IMG/VR virus record: IMGVR_UViG_3300031857_011362
Coordinates: 1 to 64,000 of that record
Direction: 5' to 3' (one strand)
Source of the DNA: a virus
DNA: 64,000 bases
This document shows, piece by piece, positions 50,335 through 58,811 of this stretch. The position numbers and the translations under genes were made by a program. Every line of letters starts with the position of its first letter. Positions within the stretch are counted from its first letter, which is position 1. The notes under the pieces are model-generated. The model saw only the letters and a program-made list of their open reading frames with translations. It was not told the DNA's origin and ran no database searches.

Positions 50335-52105
50335 GCAAAAAACACTTCACTTCTTATCAGGCATTCCCCGTTCGGGTTCAACGGTACTTGCTGCAATTTT
50401 AAATCAAAACCCACTTACTCATGTCAGTACAACTTCTGGGTTAGTTCATGCATTAGACGGACTAGCCAACACTTGGCACAGTGCTGGACTACTTAATGAA
50501 ACAGACGCTGACCGCTCTAAACTAGCTGCTACAATGCGAGGCACTATTGACGCATTTTATAGTGATATTGACAAACCAGTTATCATTGACAAATCACGAG
50601 GATGGCCTATTGCTCAAATCATGCAAGCAATGGCACAGGTACTACAACATGCACCCCGCATCATTGCTACTGTGCGCTCAGTACCTGACTGTGCTGCAAG
50701 TTTTATTCGTGTTGCAAAGCCCACTGACTTAGATGACTTTATGCAATCAGGGCAACTAATGGATCATTTACGGGCGGCATATATCTCATTGCAAAACGGG
50801 TATAACTTTGCACCCGAATGCTTCTTGTTTGTAGAGTATGAAGACTTAGTGCGTGACCCTAAAACAGAACTTGCAAGAGTACATGCTTTCTTGGGATTGC
50901 CTGACTTTGAATATGACTTTAACAACATCGACGGTTCCACTGTGTCTGAAGATGACGAGAACTTGCACGGACATGCAGGTATGCATGATGTTAAACCCGT
51001 GCTAGAGCGTCAACACAATCAAGACCCAAGAGAACTACTGAAGCACCACTATGCTACATTCTGTCAAGGTGAGTTCTGGTTAGAGCGGCCGCGCACTGTA
51101 CCCGAGATACATGATTTGGATTTGCAATTGGCAGCAAGCACAATTGGTGACTTCGTTGAAGGATGGAGATTAGCACAAAAGTTAGAAACAGAAGAACCTA
51201 ATAATCATCGTGCAGCATACAATCGTGGTTGGTACTTGCTACATCAAAGACAGATACAAAAAGGTTATCAGCTAATGAATCGCGGTAGATTGTCTAGTGT
51301 TTTTGGTGATGCAAGACCAAATGTACCTACCCCAGAATGGGATGGCAAGAGCAAGGGTATTGTGTTGTTATGCTTGGAAGGTGGACTGGGCGATCAGATT
51401 CATCAAATTCGTTATGCAAAGAACATTGCAGACCGTGGATGTAAAGTTATCGTAGCATGTTCGGGCCCACTAGCATCGCTATTCTTCAATGCAGAAGGTG
51501 TCTCTAGTGTGATTCAACATGAAGCAGTGTTTGGTATCTATCACGACTTTTGGGTTGCTGGCATGAGTGCAGTTGTGCCACTGGGCTTTGAGTTAGAAGA
51601 TATAAGTGGCAAGCCTTATCTAGCCAAGCCTAATGTAATCAAGGGTCATAAGAAACGAATCGGTCTACGCTGGCAGGGCAACAGCAAGTTTGAGCATGAG
51701 CATCACAAAAAGTTCCCCTTCTACTTGATGTTTGACGCAGTGAAAGATGCTGATGTTGAGTTTATCAGCTTGCAACGTGATGAAGGTGCAGAAGCATGTC
51801 CTTACTGGGTCAAGCAAGTTCCGTTAAACTCTTGGGAAGATACCCGTGCCGCAGTTGCCAGTTGTGATTTAGTTATCAGTTCTTGCACTTCAGTCAGTCA
51901 TTTGGCAGGAGCAATGGGAGTCGATACTTGGGTAGTTACCCCAATCATGCCCTACTTTTTGTATGCATTGCCCGGCGAGAAAACTCCCTATTATGACAGC
52001 TTTACTCTGTTCAGACAGGAATCTTTCGGAGACTGGACAGCACCGTTTGTCAAAATGAAAGAACGCTTGTCTATTACCAATCCCAAGCTAAAACTTGTGG
52101 GGTAA
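50333..52105 (+). CDS. Sulfotransferase-TPR-glycosyltransferase (GT9-like) fusion
   Basis: GIPRSGST (5'-PSB), DKSRGW and R..DCAAS; TPR-like AAYNRGWYLL; GGLGDQI, IGLRWQG and CDLVISSCTSVSHLAGAMG. ATG at 50333 (the track start is TTG at 50330). Confidence 0.85.
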   Translation: MQKTLHFLSGIPRSGSTVLAAILNQNPLTHVSTTSGLVHALDGLANTWHSAGLLNETDADRSKLAATMRGTIDAFYSDIDKPVIIDKSRGWPIAQIMQAMAQVLQHAPRIIATVRSVPDCAASFIRVAKPTDLDDFMQSGQLMDHLRAAYISLQNGYNFAPECFLFVEYEDLVRDPKTELARVHAFLGLPDFEYDFNNIDGSTVSEDDENLHGHAGMHDVKPVLERQHNQDPRELLKHHYATFCQGEFWLERPRTVPEIHDLDLQLAASTIGDFVEGWRLAQKLETEEPNNHRAAYNRGWYLLHQRQIQKGYQLMNRGRLSSVFGDARPNVPTPEWDGKSKGIVLLCLEGGLGDQIHQIRYAKNIADRGCKVIVACSGPLASLFFNAEGVSSVIQHEAVFGIYHDFWVAGMSAVVPLGFELEDISGKPYLAKPNVIKGHKKRIGLRWQGNSKFEHEHHKKFPFYLMFDAVKDADVEFISLQRDEGAEACPYWVKQVPLNSWEDTRAAVASCDLVISSCTSVSHLAGAMGVDTWVVTPIMPYFLYALPGEKTPYYDSFTLFRQESFGDWTAPFVKMKERLSITNPKLKLVG

Positions 52106-52122
52106 ATTACCAAACATATGTT

Positions 52123-52130
52123 GATAAATA
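52123..52130 (+). promoter_or_regulatory. Late promoter-like GATAAATA
   Basis: Followed by CTGT-ATG of an 11-codon uORF, then 52163. Confidence 0.55.
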
Positions 52131-52162
52131 CTGTATGAAGAATTTATCAACGGAATATTATT

Positions 52163-53341
52163 ATGGCTGAAACAAATACAAAAGGCGTACTGACAGTAGG
52201 AGAAGTTTACGAACGGCAGACTGCTGGAGTGTGGCCAACTGAGCGGCATAATAATTATGTTAATCTGGCGATACGTACAGCTGGCCTTGCCACCAACGGC
52301 CAGCTTGGTAATGATAGTCGTATTGGACGCAGTAGCCCGGTACAAGTTGGTGAGCACGCCGACTGGAGTACTACCTCTGGTGGCACATACTTCACTACTG
52401 CAATCAAAACAAATGGAACACTATGGGCATGGGGATTTAATAATGTTGGCCAGCTAGGATTAGGTGATGCTGGTATTGGTATTAACAGATCCAGCCCAGT
52501 ACAAGTTGGTGCATTAACTAATTGGTCAAAGATTAGTGGAGGTGATGCGCACATTGCGGCCATCAAAACAGGCGGAACATTGTGGACATGGGGAAGCAAT
52601 ACAAATGGCGGCCTTGGCTTGGGTGACACTACTAGTAGATCCAGTCCGGTGCAAGTCGGTGCATTGACTACTTGGAAACAAGTAAGTGTATCTTTTTATA
52701 ATCATTTATATGCTGTTAAAACAGACGGCACCCTATGGAGCTGTGGAAATAACAGCTTCGGCCAGCTAGGACTAGGTGATACTCTTAGCCGATCCAGCCC
52801 GGTGCAAGTCGGAACATTAACTACCTGGAGTACTGTAGCTGCCTGCGGTTACCACGGAATTATGGTAAAGACAGATGGTACCCTTTGGACCTGCGGCTAC
52901 AATTTTCAAGGTCGGCTCGGCCTAGGTGATACTCTTAGCCGATCCAGCCCAGTGCAAGTTGGCTTATTAACTAATTGGAAATCTGCCACAGCATCGTTGA
53001 GCAGTAGCACTACACTTAAAACAGATGGTACTATTTGGGCTTGGGGCAGTAACAGCAATGGCCAGCTAGGACTAGGTGATACTCTTAGCCGATCCAGCCC
53101 AGTGCAAGTCGGCGCATTAACTACTTGGAAATCTATTGCTGCAGGTGGCGGAGGTCATGTAAGCGCAACTAGAATAACTACTGATACTCTATGGAACTGG
53201 GGAAATAACAACTATGGTCAACTAGGCTTAGGTGACACTGTTAGCCGATCTAGTCCGGTTCAAGTAAGTTCAATCACGCTTCGGACGATCTCAATTGGCG
53301 AACCGTCTGGATATTATCACATGTTAGCAATCATCGAATAA
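52163..53341 (+). CDS. 7-blade RCC1 protein with an N-terminal GxWP motif
   Basis: Seven repeats, the first divergent. Confidence 0.88.
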   Translation: MAETNTKGVLTVGEVYERQTAGVWPTERHNNYVNLAIRTAGLATNGQLGNDSRIGRSSPVQVGEHADWSTTSGGTYFTTAIKTNGTLWAWGFNNVGQLGLGDAGIGINRSSPVQVGALTNWSKISGGDAHIAAIKTGGTLWTWGSNTNGGLGLGDTTSRSSPVQVGALTTWKQVSVSFYNHLYAVKTDGTLWSCGNNSFGQLGLGDTLSRSSPVQVGTLTTWSTVAACGYHGIMVKTDGTLWTCGYNFQGRLGLGDTLSRSSPVQVGLLTNWKSATASLSSSTTLKTDGTIWAWGSNSNGQLGLGDTLSRSSPVQVGALTTWKSIAAGGGGHVSATRITTDTLWNWGNNNYGQLGLGDTVSRSSPVQVSSITLRTISIGEPSGYYHMLAIIE

Positions 53342-53368
53342 ACTATTTCTAAATAACTCAGCACAAAG

Positions 53369-53376
53369 AATAAATA
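53369..53376 (+). promoter_or_regulatory. Late promoter-like AATAAATA
   Basis: Intergenic, before an AAGGA SD and 53408. Confidence 0.45.
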
Positions 53377-53407
53377 CATAACAGCATTTTACATAAAGGA
53401 AAACAAA

Positions 53408-53794
53408 ATGGCACTATTCGTACAAGTAATCAACGGTGAAGTCAAACAAGTCTGGGACTCTACTCCACCAGCCGGCGAAGCAGGCTGGGCAGATGCAGTA
53501 GAAGTTCGTTCACCTATTCAACCCGGGCGTCAGGGCTACCTAGCACATCGTTTTGATTTGACAACTACACCAATTCAAATCATCTGGGATACATATGATA
53601 TTTCGGTTGAGGATCGCAAAAATGACATGTCTGCTAATGCAGGTTTCGTGTTCCAGCAAGTTCTACAAGAACAAGCCCGCGATCCAGCATCTTACAATGC
53701 AGAGCAAGTTGAAGCAGCAAGAGAAGTAATGGTTGCTAAACAAGCGGCAATTGCAGCAACTACTACACATGACGAGCTAGACGCACTGGTTTGA
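53408..53794 (+). CDS. Hypothetical protein (fibre-associated/chaperone-like by context)
   Basis: 128 aa with a good SD; no family recognised. Confidence 0.6.
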   Translation: MALFVQVINGEVKQVWDSTPPAGEAGWADAVEVRSPIQPGRQGYLAHRFDLTTTPIQIIWDTYDISVEDRKNDMSANAGFVFQQVLQEQARDPASYNAEQVEAAREVMVAKQAAIAATTTHDELDALV

Positions 53795-54573
53795 TGATTT
53801 ATTTCTTAAGTGGCTTGCCACGATCGGGTTCAACATTGTTAGGCTCAATATTGAATCAAAATCCAGATGTTTATGTTTCACCAACAAGTCCTTTATTGGA
53901 CTTGTTGTGCCTACAGAATGAAGCATTAAACCGTGTCAAAGAGCAGTATACATTTGATGAAGATAAACAATCTGAATCAATTTACAAAGCATTGCCCCAG
54001 GCTTTCTATCAGCATATAAACAAACCACATATCATTGACAAGCACAGAGCTTGGGCAAGAAATGTGTTGCCAGCACAAATGCATATCAATAGTGACCCCA
54101 AAGTCATTTGCACATATCGTCCTGTTGCTGAAGTTGTAGTTAGTTTTTTAAAACTAATCAACAAAGACCCCAACAACTTTGTTGACGCTGAGTTACGAAA
54201 AAAAAGCATTGCTATTACTACCGAGAATCGTGCTAGAGAGTTATGGGAAGGCTATATCAGTGACCCGTGGCAAAGTATACAGATAGGATTGCAAAACTAT
54301 AAAAATAACTTATATTTTGTGTCATATGATGATTTAGTCAATAAACCTGAGACCACTATTGCAAGTGTATATAACTTTCTCGGTATTGATCAATACCAGC
54401 ATGTGTTTGATAGTATCAGCAATAGTTGCGGTGAATCAAAAGACGCAGCATGGGGACTCAAAGACCTACATACAATTAGACCTAAGCTAGCTAAGACTAG
54501 TGATGATCCTGTAACTGTGTTAGGTGAGAATTTGTGTAAATACTTTAATCAATTTGATATTAAACGAGTATAA
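53794..54573 (+). CDS. PAPS-dependent sulfotransferase
   Basis: GLPRSGSTLL, DKHRAW and YRP..EVVVS; TGATG overlap; paralogous to the N-terminus of 50333. Confidence 0.85.
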   Translation: MIYFLSGLPRSGSTLLGSILNQNPDVYVSPTSPLLDLLCLQNEALNRVKEQYTFDEDKQSESIYKALPQAFYQHINKPHIIDKHRAWARNVLPAQMHINSDPKVICTYRPVAEVVVSFLKLINKDPNNFVDAELRKKSIAITTENRARELWEGYISDPWQSIQIGLQNYKNNLYFVSYDDLVNKPETTIASVYNFLGIDQYQHVFDSISNSCGESKDAAWGLKDLHTIRPKLAKTSDDPVTVLGENLCKYFNQFDIKRV

Positions 54574-54576
54574 CAC

Positions 54577-55707
54577 ATGACTAACAAGACCGCCCTGACA
54601 TTAACTCAAGCATACAATAAGCAATTAAGCGGCACTTGGCCTACTCAATGGTATATACCCATTGGATTATATAGTTGGGGATTTAATGGTAATGGTAACT
54701 TAGGTTTAGGCAATACTACAAATTATTCTAGTCCAAAACAGATTGGTGCATTAACTACTTGGTCAAAAATTGCTGCAGGTTATGATCACAACATAGCCGT
54801 AAAAACAGATGGTACGATGTGGTCATGGGGGCAAAATTTCTATGGCGCCTTGGGTTTAGGTAATACTACAAATAGATCTAGTCCAGTACAGGTTGGTGCA
54901 TTAACCACTTGGTCAAGTATTGTTGCCAACAGTTTTAATGGCAGCATAGCTATTAAAACAGATGGTACTATATGGTCTTGGGGTTACAATAATAATGGTG
55001 AATTAGGTTTAGGCAATACTACAGATAGATCCAGCCCAGTACAAATTGGAGCATTAAGTACTTGGTCAAGTATTTCTGGAGGTAGATTTCGCAGCCATGC
55101 AATTAAAACAGATGGTACACTGTGGTCATGGGGATCTAATAACCATGGTCGCTTGGGGTTAGGTAATACTACAAATTATTCTAGTCCAAAACAAATAGGT
55201 GCATTAACTACTTGGTTAAGTATTTCTGCAGGTAATTATCATAGCATAGCCATCAAAACCGATGGTACACTGTGGACGTGGGGGCAAAATAGCTATGGCC
55301 AATTAGGTCAAGGTGATACTACATCTAGATCCAGTCCAGTACAGATTGGTGCATTAACTACTTGGTTAAAGATTGCTGGAGGTATTTATCACAGCATGGC
55401 CATTAAAACAGATGGTACACTATGGACATGGGGCCAAAACAGTCATGGTCAATTAGGTTTAAGTGATACTATACGTAGATCCAGCCCAGTACAAATTGGT
55501 GCATTGACTAATTGGTTAAATATTGCTGCTGCATATCACAGCATGGCCATTAAAACAGATGGTACCATGTGGTCATGGGGATTGAATCAAGATGGCCAGC
55601 TTGGGGTAGGAGATACTACAGCTAAATCTAGTCCAGTACAAGTTGGTGCATTAACTAATTGGTTAAATGTTTCTGCAGGTAATAATCACAGCCTGGCCAT
55701 CGGTTAA
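54577..55707 (+). CDS. 7-blade RCC1 protein with an N-terminal GxWP motif
   Basis: Seven WxWG repeats; GTWPTQWY is shared with 48732. Confidence 0.88.
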   Translation: MTNKTALTLTQAYNKQLSGTWPTQWYIPIGLYSWGFNGNGNLGLGNTTNYSSPKQIGALTTWSKIAAGYDHNIAVKTDGTMWSWGQNFYGALGLGNTTNRSSPVQVGALTTWSSIVANSFNGSIAIKTDGTIWSWGYNNNGELGLGNTTDRSSPVQIGALSTWSSISGGRFRSHAIKTDGTLWSWGSNNHGRLGLGNTTNYSSPKQIGALTTWLSISAGNYHSIAIKTDGTLWTWGQNSYGQLGQGDTTSRSSPVQIGALTTWLKIAGGIYHSMAIKTDGTLWTWGQNSHGQLGLSDTIRRSSPVQIGALTNWLNIAAAYHSMAIKTDGTMWSWGLNQDGQLGVGDTTAKSSPVQVGALTNWLNVSAGNNHSLAIG

Positions 55708-55728
55708 TTAAAAAGAAGAACAAAAAAC

Positions 55729-55753
55729 ATAGAATTTGTAGGAATAACTATAT
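55729..55753 (+). pseudogene. Start-less remnant of a 27633-type gene
   Basis: 22/25 nt identical to 27633-27657, with ATG replaced by ATA. Confidence 0.5.
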
Positions 55754-55818
55754 GGTTAATAGTTATATATCTAATAGATACAATTTATTGGTGATCCGTT
55801 CATGAAATATTTCACACT

Positions 55819-55844
55819 ATCAAGTATCTTAGTAAATACTTGAT
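55819..55844. promoter_or_regulatory. Perfect dyad ATCAAGTAT-N8-ATACTTGAT overlapping AGTAAATA
   Basis: The 9-bp arms are exact reverse complements. Confidence 0.65.
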
Positions 55845-55845
55845 A

Positions 55846-56412
55846 ATGAAATTAAACTTAGGCTGTGGGTACAACAAGTTGCCCGGATATATCAATGTAG
55901 ATCACGACCCTATTTGTAAACCAGATGTGGTCGCTGATTTAGAAGCAACATTACCTTTCGAAGACAACACGATAGATGAGATTGTGCTTCACCATGTGCT
56001 AGAACATCTGGGACAGACAACCGAAACATACTTCAGTGTTTGGCGCGAGTTCTATAGAATTCTAAAAGATCAAGGTGTTATCAAAATCACCGTGCCGCAT
56101 TGGCAGCACGATAATTTCCATCACGACCCCACCCATGTACGCAAAGTAACACCCGTTGGGGTAGACATGTTTAGTCAGTCACGCAACATGAACACAATAA
56201 AAACTGGTGGCAATGAAACTACACTGGGCTTACAACTTAACATTGATATTGGGGTGACTGATGTGGGCTATGACATTGTGCCTGAATTCCAACAACAGAT
56301 CGAAAGTCAGCCAAAAAACTTCTTAGAAAATGCTATGGCAACATATAACAATGTATGTTATCAGATACAGATTCATGCAAAGGCACACAAGCCAGCTAGG
56401 AGCACCTTATGA
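55846..56412 (+). CDS. Class I SAM-dependent methyltransferase
   Basis: KLNLGCG, INVD, LPFEDNTIDEI..HVLEHL, RILK..G and DPTH; ATG at 55846. Confidence 0.85.
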   Translation: MKLNLGCGYNKLPGYINVDHDPICKPDVVADLEATLPFEDNTIDEIVLHHVLEHLGQTTETYFSVWREFYRILKDQGVIKITVPHWQHDNFHHDPTHVRKVTPVGVDMFSQSRNMNTIKTGGNETTLGLQLNIDIGVTDVGYDIVPEFQQQIESQPKNFLENAMATYNNVCYQIQIHAKAHKPARSTL

Positions 56413-57038
56413 TTTTTGATAAAAAAATCATCATCATTGATGACTTCTACCCTGATCCTTACTCAGTGCGACAAACTGCATTGAATGCAGAGTACGAAGA
56501 TGTACCGGGAATTAAGAACTATCCCGGTAATAATACAACAAAATCATTCTGGAGTGATGAATTAACTAGACTTGTATGCAATGCTACTGGGGAGAATATA
56601 GAACCAGAACCCACATCAAGCTGTGGTCATTTTAGATATACACCTGCTACTGCAACCTCTAGACAAATCATTCACTTTGATCCTAAGCCAACTCAATGTT
56701 GGGCGGGAGTAGCATATCTAAGTTTGCCCGAACACTGTATCCCTGACGCTGGAACTAAGATATACTCACACAAGCGTACTGGCATGAGCACCGCACCCAA
56801 AGATCACATAGAAGCAAGTATCATTGGTGTTCGTACTGTAGAAGATATGAAAACTTTCTTTGAAACAGAGGGGTTAGATGAATCACTATGGCAAACAGAA
56901 CTAAATGTAGAAATCAAATTCAACAGATTAGTATTGTTCAGACCCTGGTTATGGCATGGAATATCTAAACATTTTGGCACAGACCTTACCAACAGCAGAT
57001 TAACTCAACTAATATTCTTACAACCTAAAGGACAATAA
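56409..57038 (+). CDS. Putative 2OG-Fe(II) oxygenase (DUF6445-like)
   Basis: IIDDFYPDP, HFD...WH facial-triad pattern, FNRLVLF and RLTQ. Confidence 0.7.
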   Translation: MIFDKKIIIIDDFYPDPYSVRQTALNAEYEDVPGIKNYPGNNTTKSFWSDELTRLVCNATGENIEPEPTSSCGHFRYTPATATSRQIIHFDPKPTQCWAGVAYLSLPEHCIPDAGTKIYSHKRTGMSTAPKDHIEASIIGVRTVEDMKTFFETEGLDESLWQTELNVEIKFNRLVLFRPWLWHGISKHFGTDLTNSRLTQLIFLQPKGQ

Positions 57039-57040
57039 AC

Positions 57041-57892
57041 ATGAAAAAAATTCTCATCATGGGCTTACCAGGCTCAGGTAAAACATTTCTAGCAACAGCA
57101 CTTAAAAAGTATTTGGAAGAAAACTCCAACATACAAACGATGCCAATTGAGCGTATGCTACATTTAGAATTGCCACCTATCTCGTATACTAGCAAAGTTG
57201 ACTGGTTCAACGCAGACGAGATTCGAAAACGATTCAATGACTGGGACTTTAGTCGTGAAGGACGCATTAGACAGAGTTTGCGCATGGCAGAGTTTGCATT
57301 GAAGTCAACTGGTGACTTTGTTATCTGTGACTTTGTTGCACCACTAGTAGAGATGCGTAATAACTTCAAAGCAGACTGGACTATCTGGATGGATACTATT
57401 GATGCTGGAAGATTCGATGATACTAACAAAGCATTTGTTCCACCAGAAGTATATGACTTTAGAGTAACAGAACAGAATGCAGACAAGTGGGCAGAGTTTA
57501 TCGGCAATCATATTTTAGAAAATCGTCGGAGACCTGTGTTTGATTGGCAAAAAGAAACAGTGCAACAACTTGGCCGGTGGCAACCTTGGCACCCGGGACA
57601 CCGTGCATTATTTGACAGATTGATTCAACGCACTGGTCAAGTTGTGATTCAAATTAGAGATTGTCAGGGATGGCAAGGAAGCAATCCATTTGCAATCGAT
57701 CAAGTTAAAAATGCAATTCGCAGAGACTTAGATCCGGTGTATCAGGGTCAATACGAGATTCAAGTCGTGCCTAATATCACGCACATTGGATGGGGTCGTG
57801 GTGTTGGGTATACCTCAGGTGAAGAAACATTTGACGAATCTATCACTAGTATCTCGGGTACACAAATTCGTAAGGAAATGGGCCTTGGTTGA
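57041..57892 (+). CDS. APS-kinase-like P-loop domain fused to an HxGH nucleotidyltransferase domain
   Basis: GLPGSGKT, NADEIRK..DWDFSREGR and DFVAP; then GRWQPWHPGH and ISGTQIR. Confidence 0.75.
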   Translation: MKKILIMGLPGSGKTFLATALKKYLEENSNIQTMPIERMLHLELPPISYTSKVDWFNADEIRKRFNDWDFSREGRIRQSLRMAEFALKSTGDFVICDFVAPLVEMRNNFKADWTIWMDTIDAGRFDDTNKAFVPPEVYDFRVTEQNADKWAEFIGNHILENRRRPVFDWQKETVQQLGRWQPWHPGHRALFDRLIQRTGQVVIQIRDCQGWQGSNPFAIDQVKNAIRRDLDPVYQGQYEIQVVPNITHIGWGRGVGYTSGEETFDESITSISGTQIRKEMGLG

Positions 57893-58088
57893 AACCGGAA
57901 CACGAAGTTTAGTCAAAACAATAAGCTGGCGGATAACCGGTTCTGGCGCGACATTTCTAGTTGCGTGGTTGATTTCTGGAAACCTAGCAGTATCCACTTC
58001 CATTGCAATAGTACAATTAACAATTAACACGATATTGTATTACTTTCACGAACGAATTTGGAACAGAGTATCTTGGGGCAAAGAGTAA
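57885..58088 (+). CDS. DUF2061-like small membrane protein
   Basis: RSLVKTISWRI..YYFHERIWNRV.WG; likely TTG start at 57885 behind AAGGA. Confidence 0.75.
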   Translation: MVETGTRSLVKTISWRITGSGATFLVAWLISGNLAVSTSIAIVQLTINTILYYFHERIWNRVSWGKE

Positions 58089-58093
58089 ACATA

Positions 58094-58810
58094 ATGGATA
58101 ATACACTTAATTTATTTTATTCACGTAACTGTGAAGTAGAACGTGCATACATCATTACTGTAAAAGGTAATGAGTCATCTGAGAAATATTCAGAACGATG
58201 CCAGAAAAGTTGCACTCAAGTGGGTATGAAATATCAAGTCTGGGACGCATTTGATGGCACTAAAGGCCCAATTACTACACCGGCGCAGTGCGAGAACGAT
58301 TCGTTCATGCGTATGCTGAAAGTAACGGATCATTATCTCACTAGGGGTGAAGTTGCTTGTGCATTGAGTCACATTAGTCTCTGGGCGCATTGTGTGAAGA
58401 TAGATCGTCCCATTGTTATTTTAGAGCATGACAGTATTGTTGTGAAAAAATTCGAAATGATGAGCACCTACAACTCTGTAGTATATCTAGGCGGCAGCGA
58501 ATGGGCTGAACAGGGTTGGAATATGTATCCTATCCCCCCACATGCTAGCGAAGGTCCTAATTATTTGTTCATTTGCCGTGCCCATGCATACGCAATTGAC
58601 CCGGTGGTTGCTAAGAATCTACTAAGTCATGTATTAAAGATGGGAATCTGTGCTCCATTAGATATTATTATGAAAGCTGACTTGTTTAACATATCGCATC
58701 AGGGTTTGTTTGCCTATGACAAGAATATTGATCTAGTGAATGATACTACTATTAAGTCACGCCCCAAAGCTGGCAGAACAACTGACCGCAACGATAACCT
58801 AACAACATAA
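58094..58810 (+). CDS. Glycosyltransferase, GT25-like
   Basis: WDAFDG, GEVACALSHISLW, ILEHD and HAYAI; likely ATG at 58094. Confidence 0.75.
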   Translation: MDNTLNLFYSRNCEVERAYIITVKGNESSEKYSERCQKSCTQVGMKYQVWDAFDGTKGPITTPAQCENDSFMRMLKVTDHYLTRGEVACALSHISLWAHCVKIDRPIVILEHDSIVVKKFEMMSTYNSVVYLGGSEWAEQGWNMYPIPPHASEGPNYLFICRAHAYAIDPVVAKNLLSHVLKMGICAPLDIIMKADLFNISHQGLFAYDKNIDLVNDTTIKSRPKAGRTTDRNDNLTT

Positions 58811-58811
58811 T

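Noticed and set aside
25260-55707. Diversity-generating retroelement acting on the RCC1 loops (many variable codons are NNY, as expected from AAY)
   Set aside because: No reverse transcriptase or non-coding template repeat in the window. Differences between close copies go both from and to A, and variation is spread over all blades. A genome-wide RT/TR search would be needed to exclude it fully.
25260-55707. Shufflon or invertible tail-fibre cassette
   Set aside because: All cassettes are on the same strand; no inverted crossover sites or recombinase gene seen.
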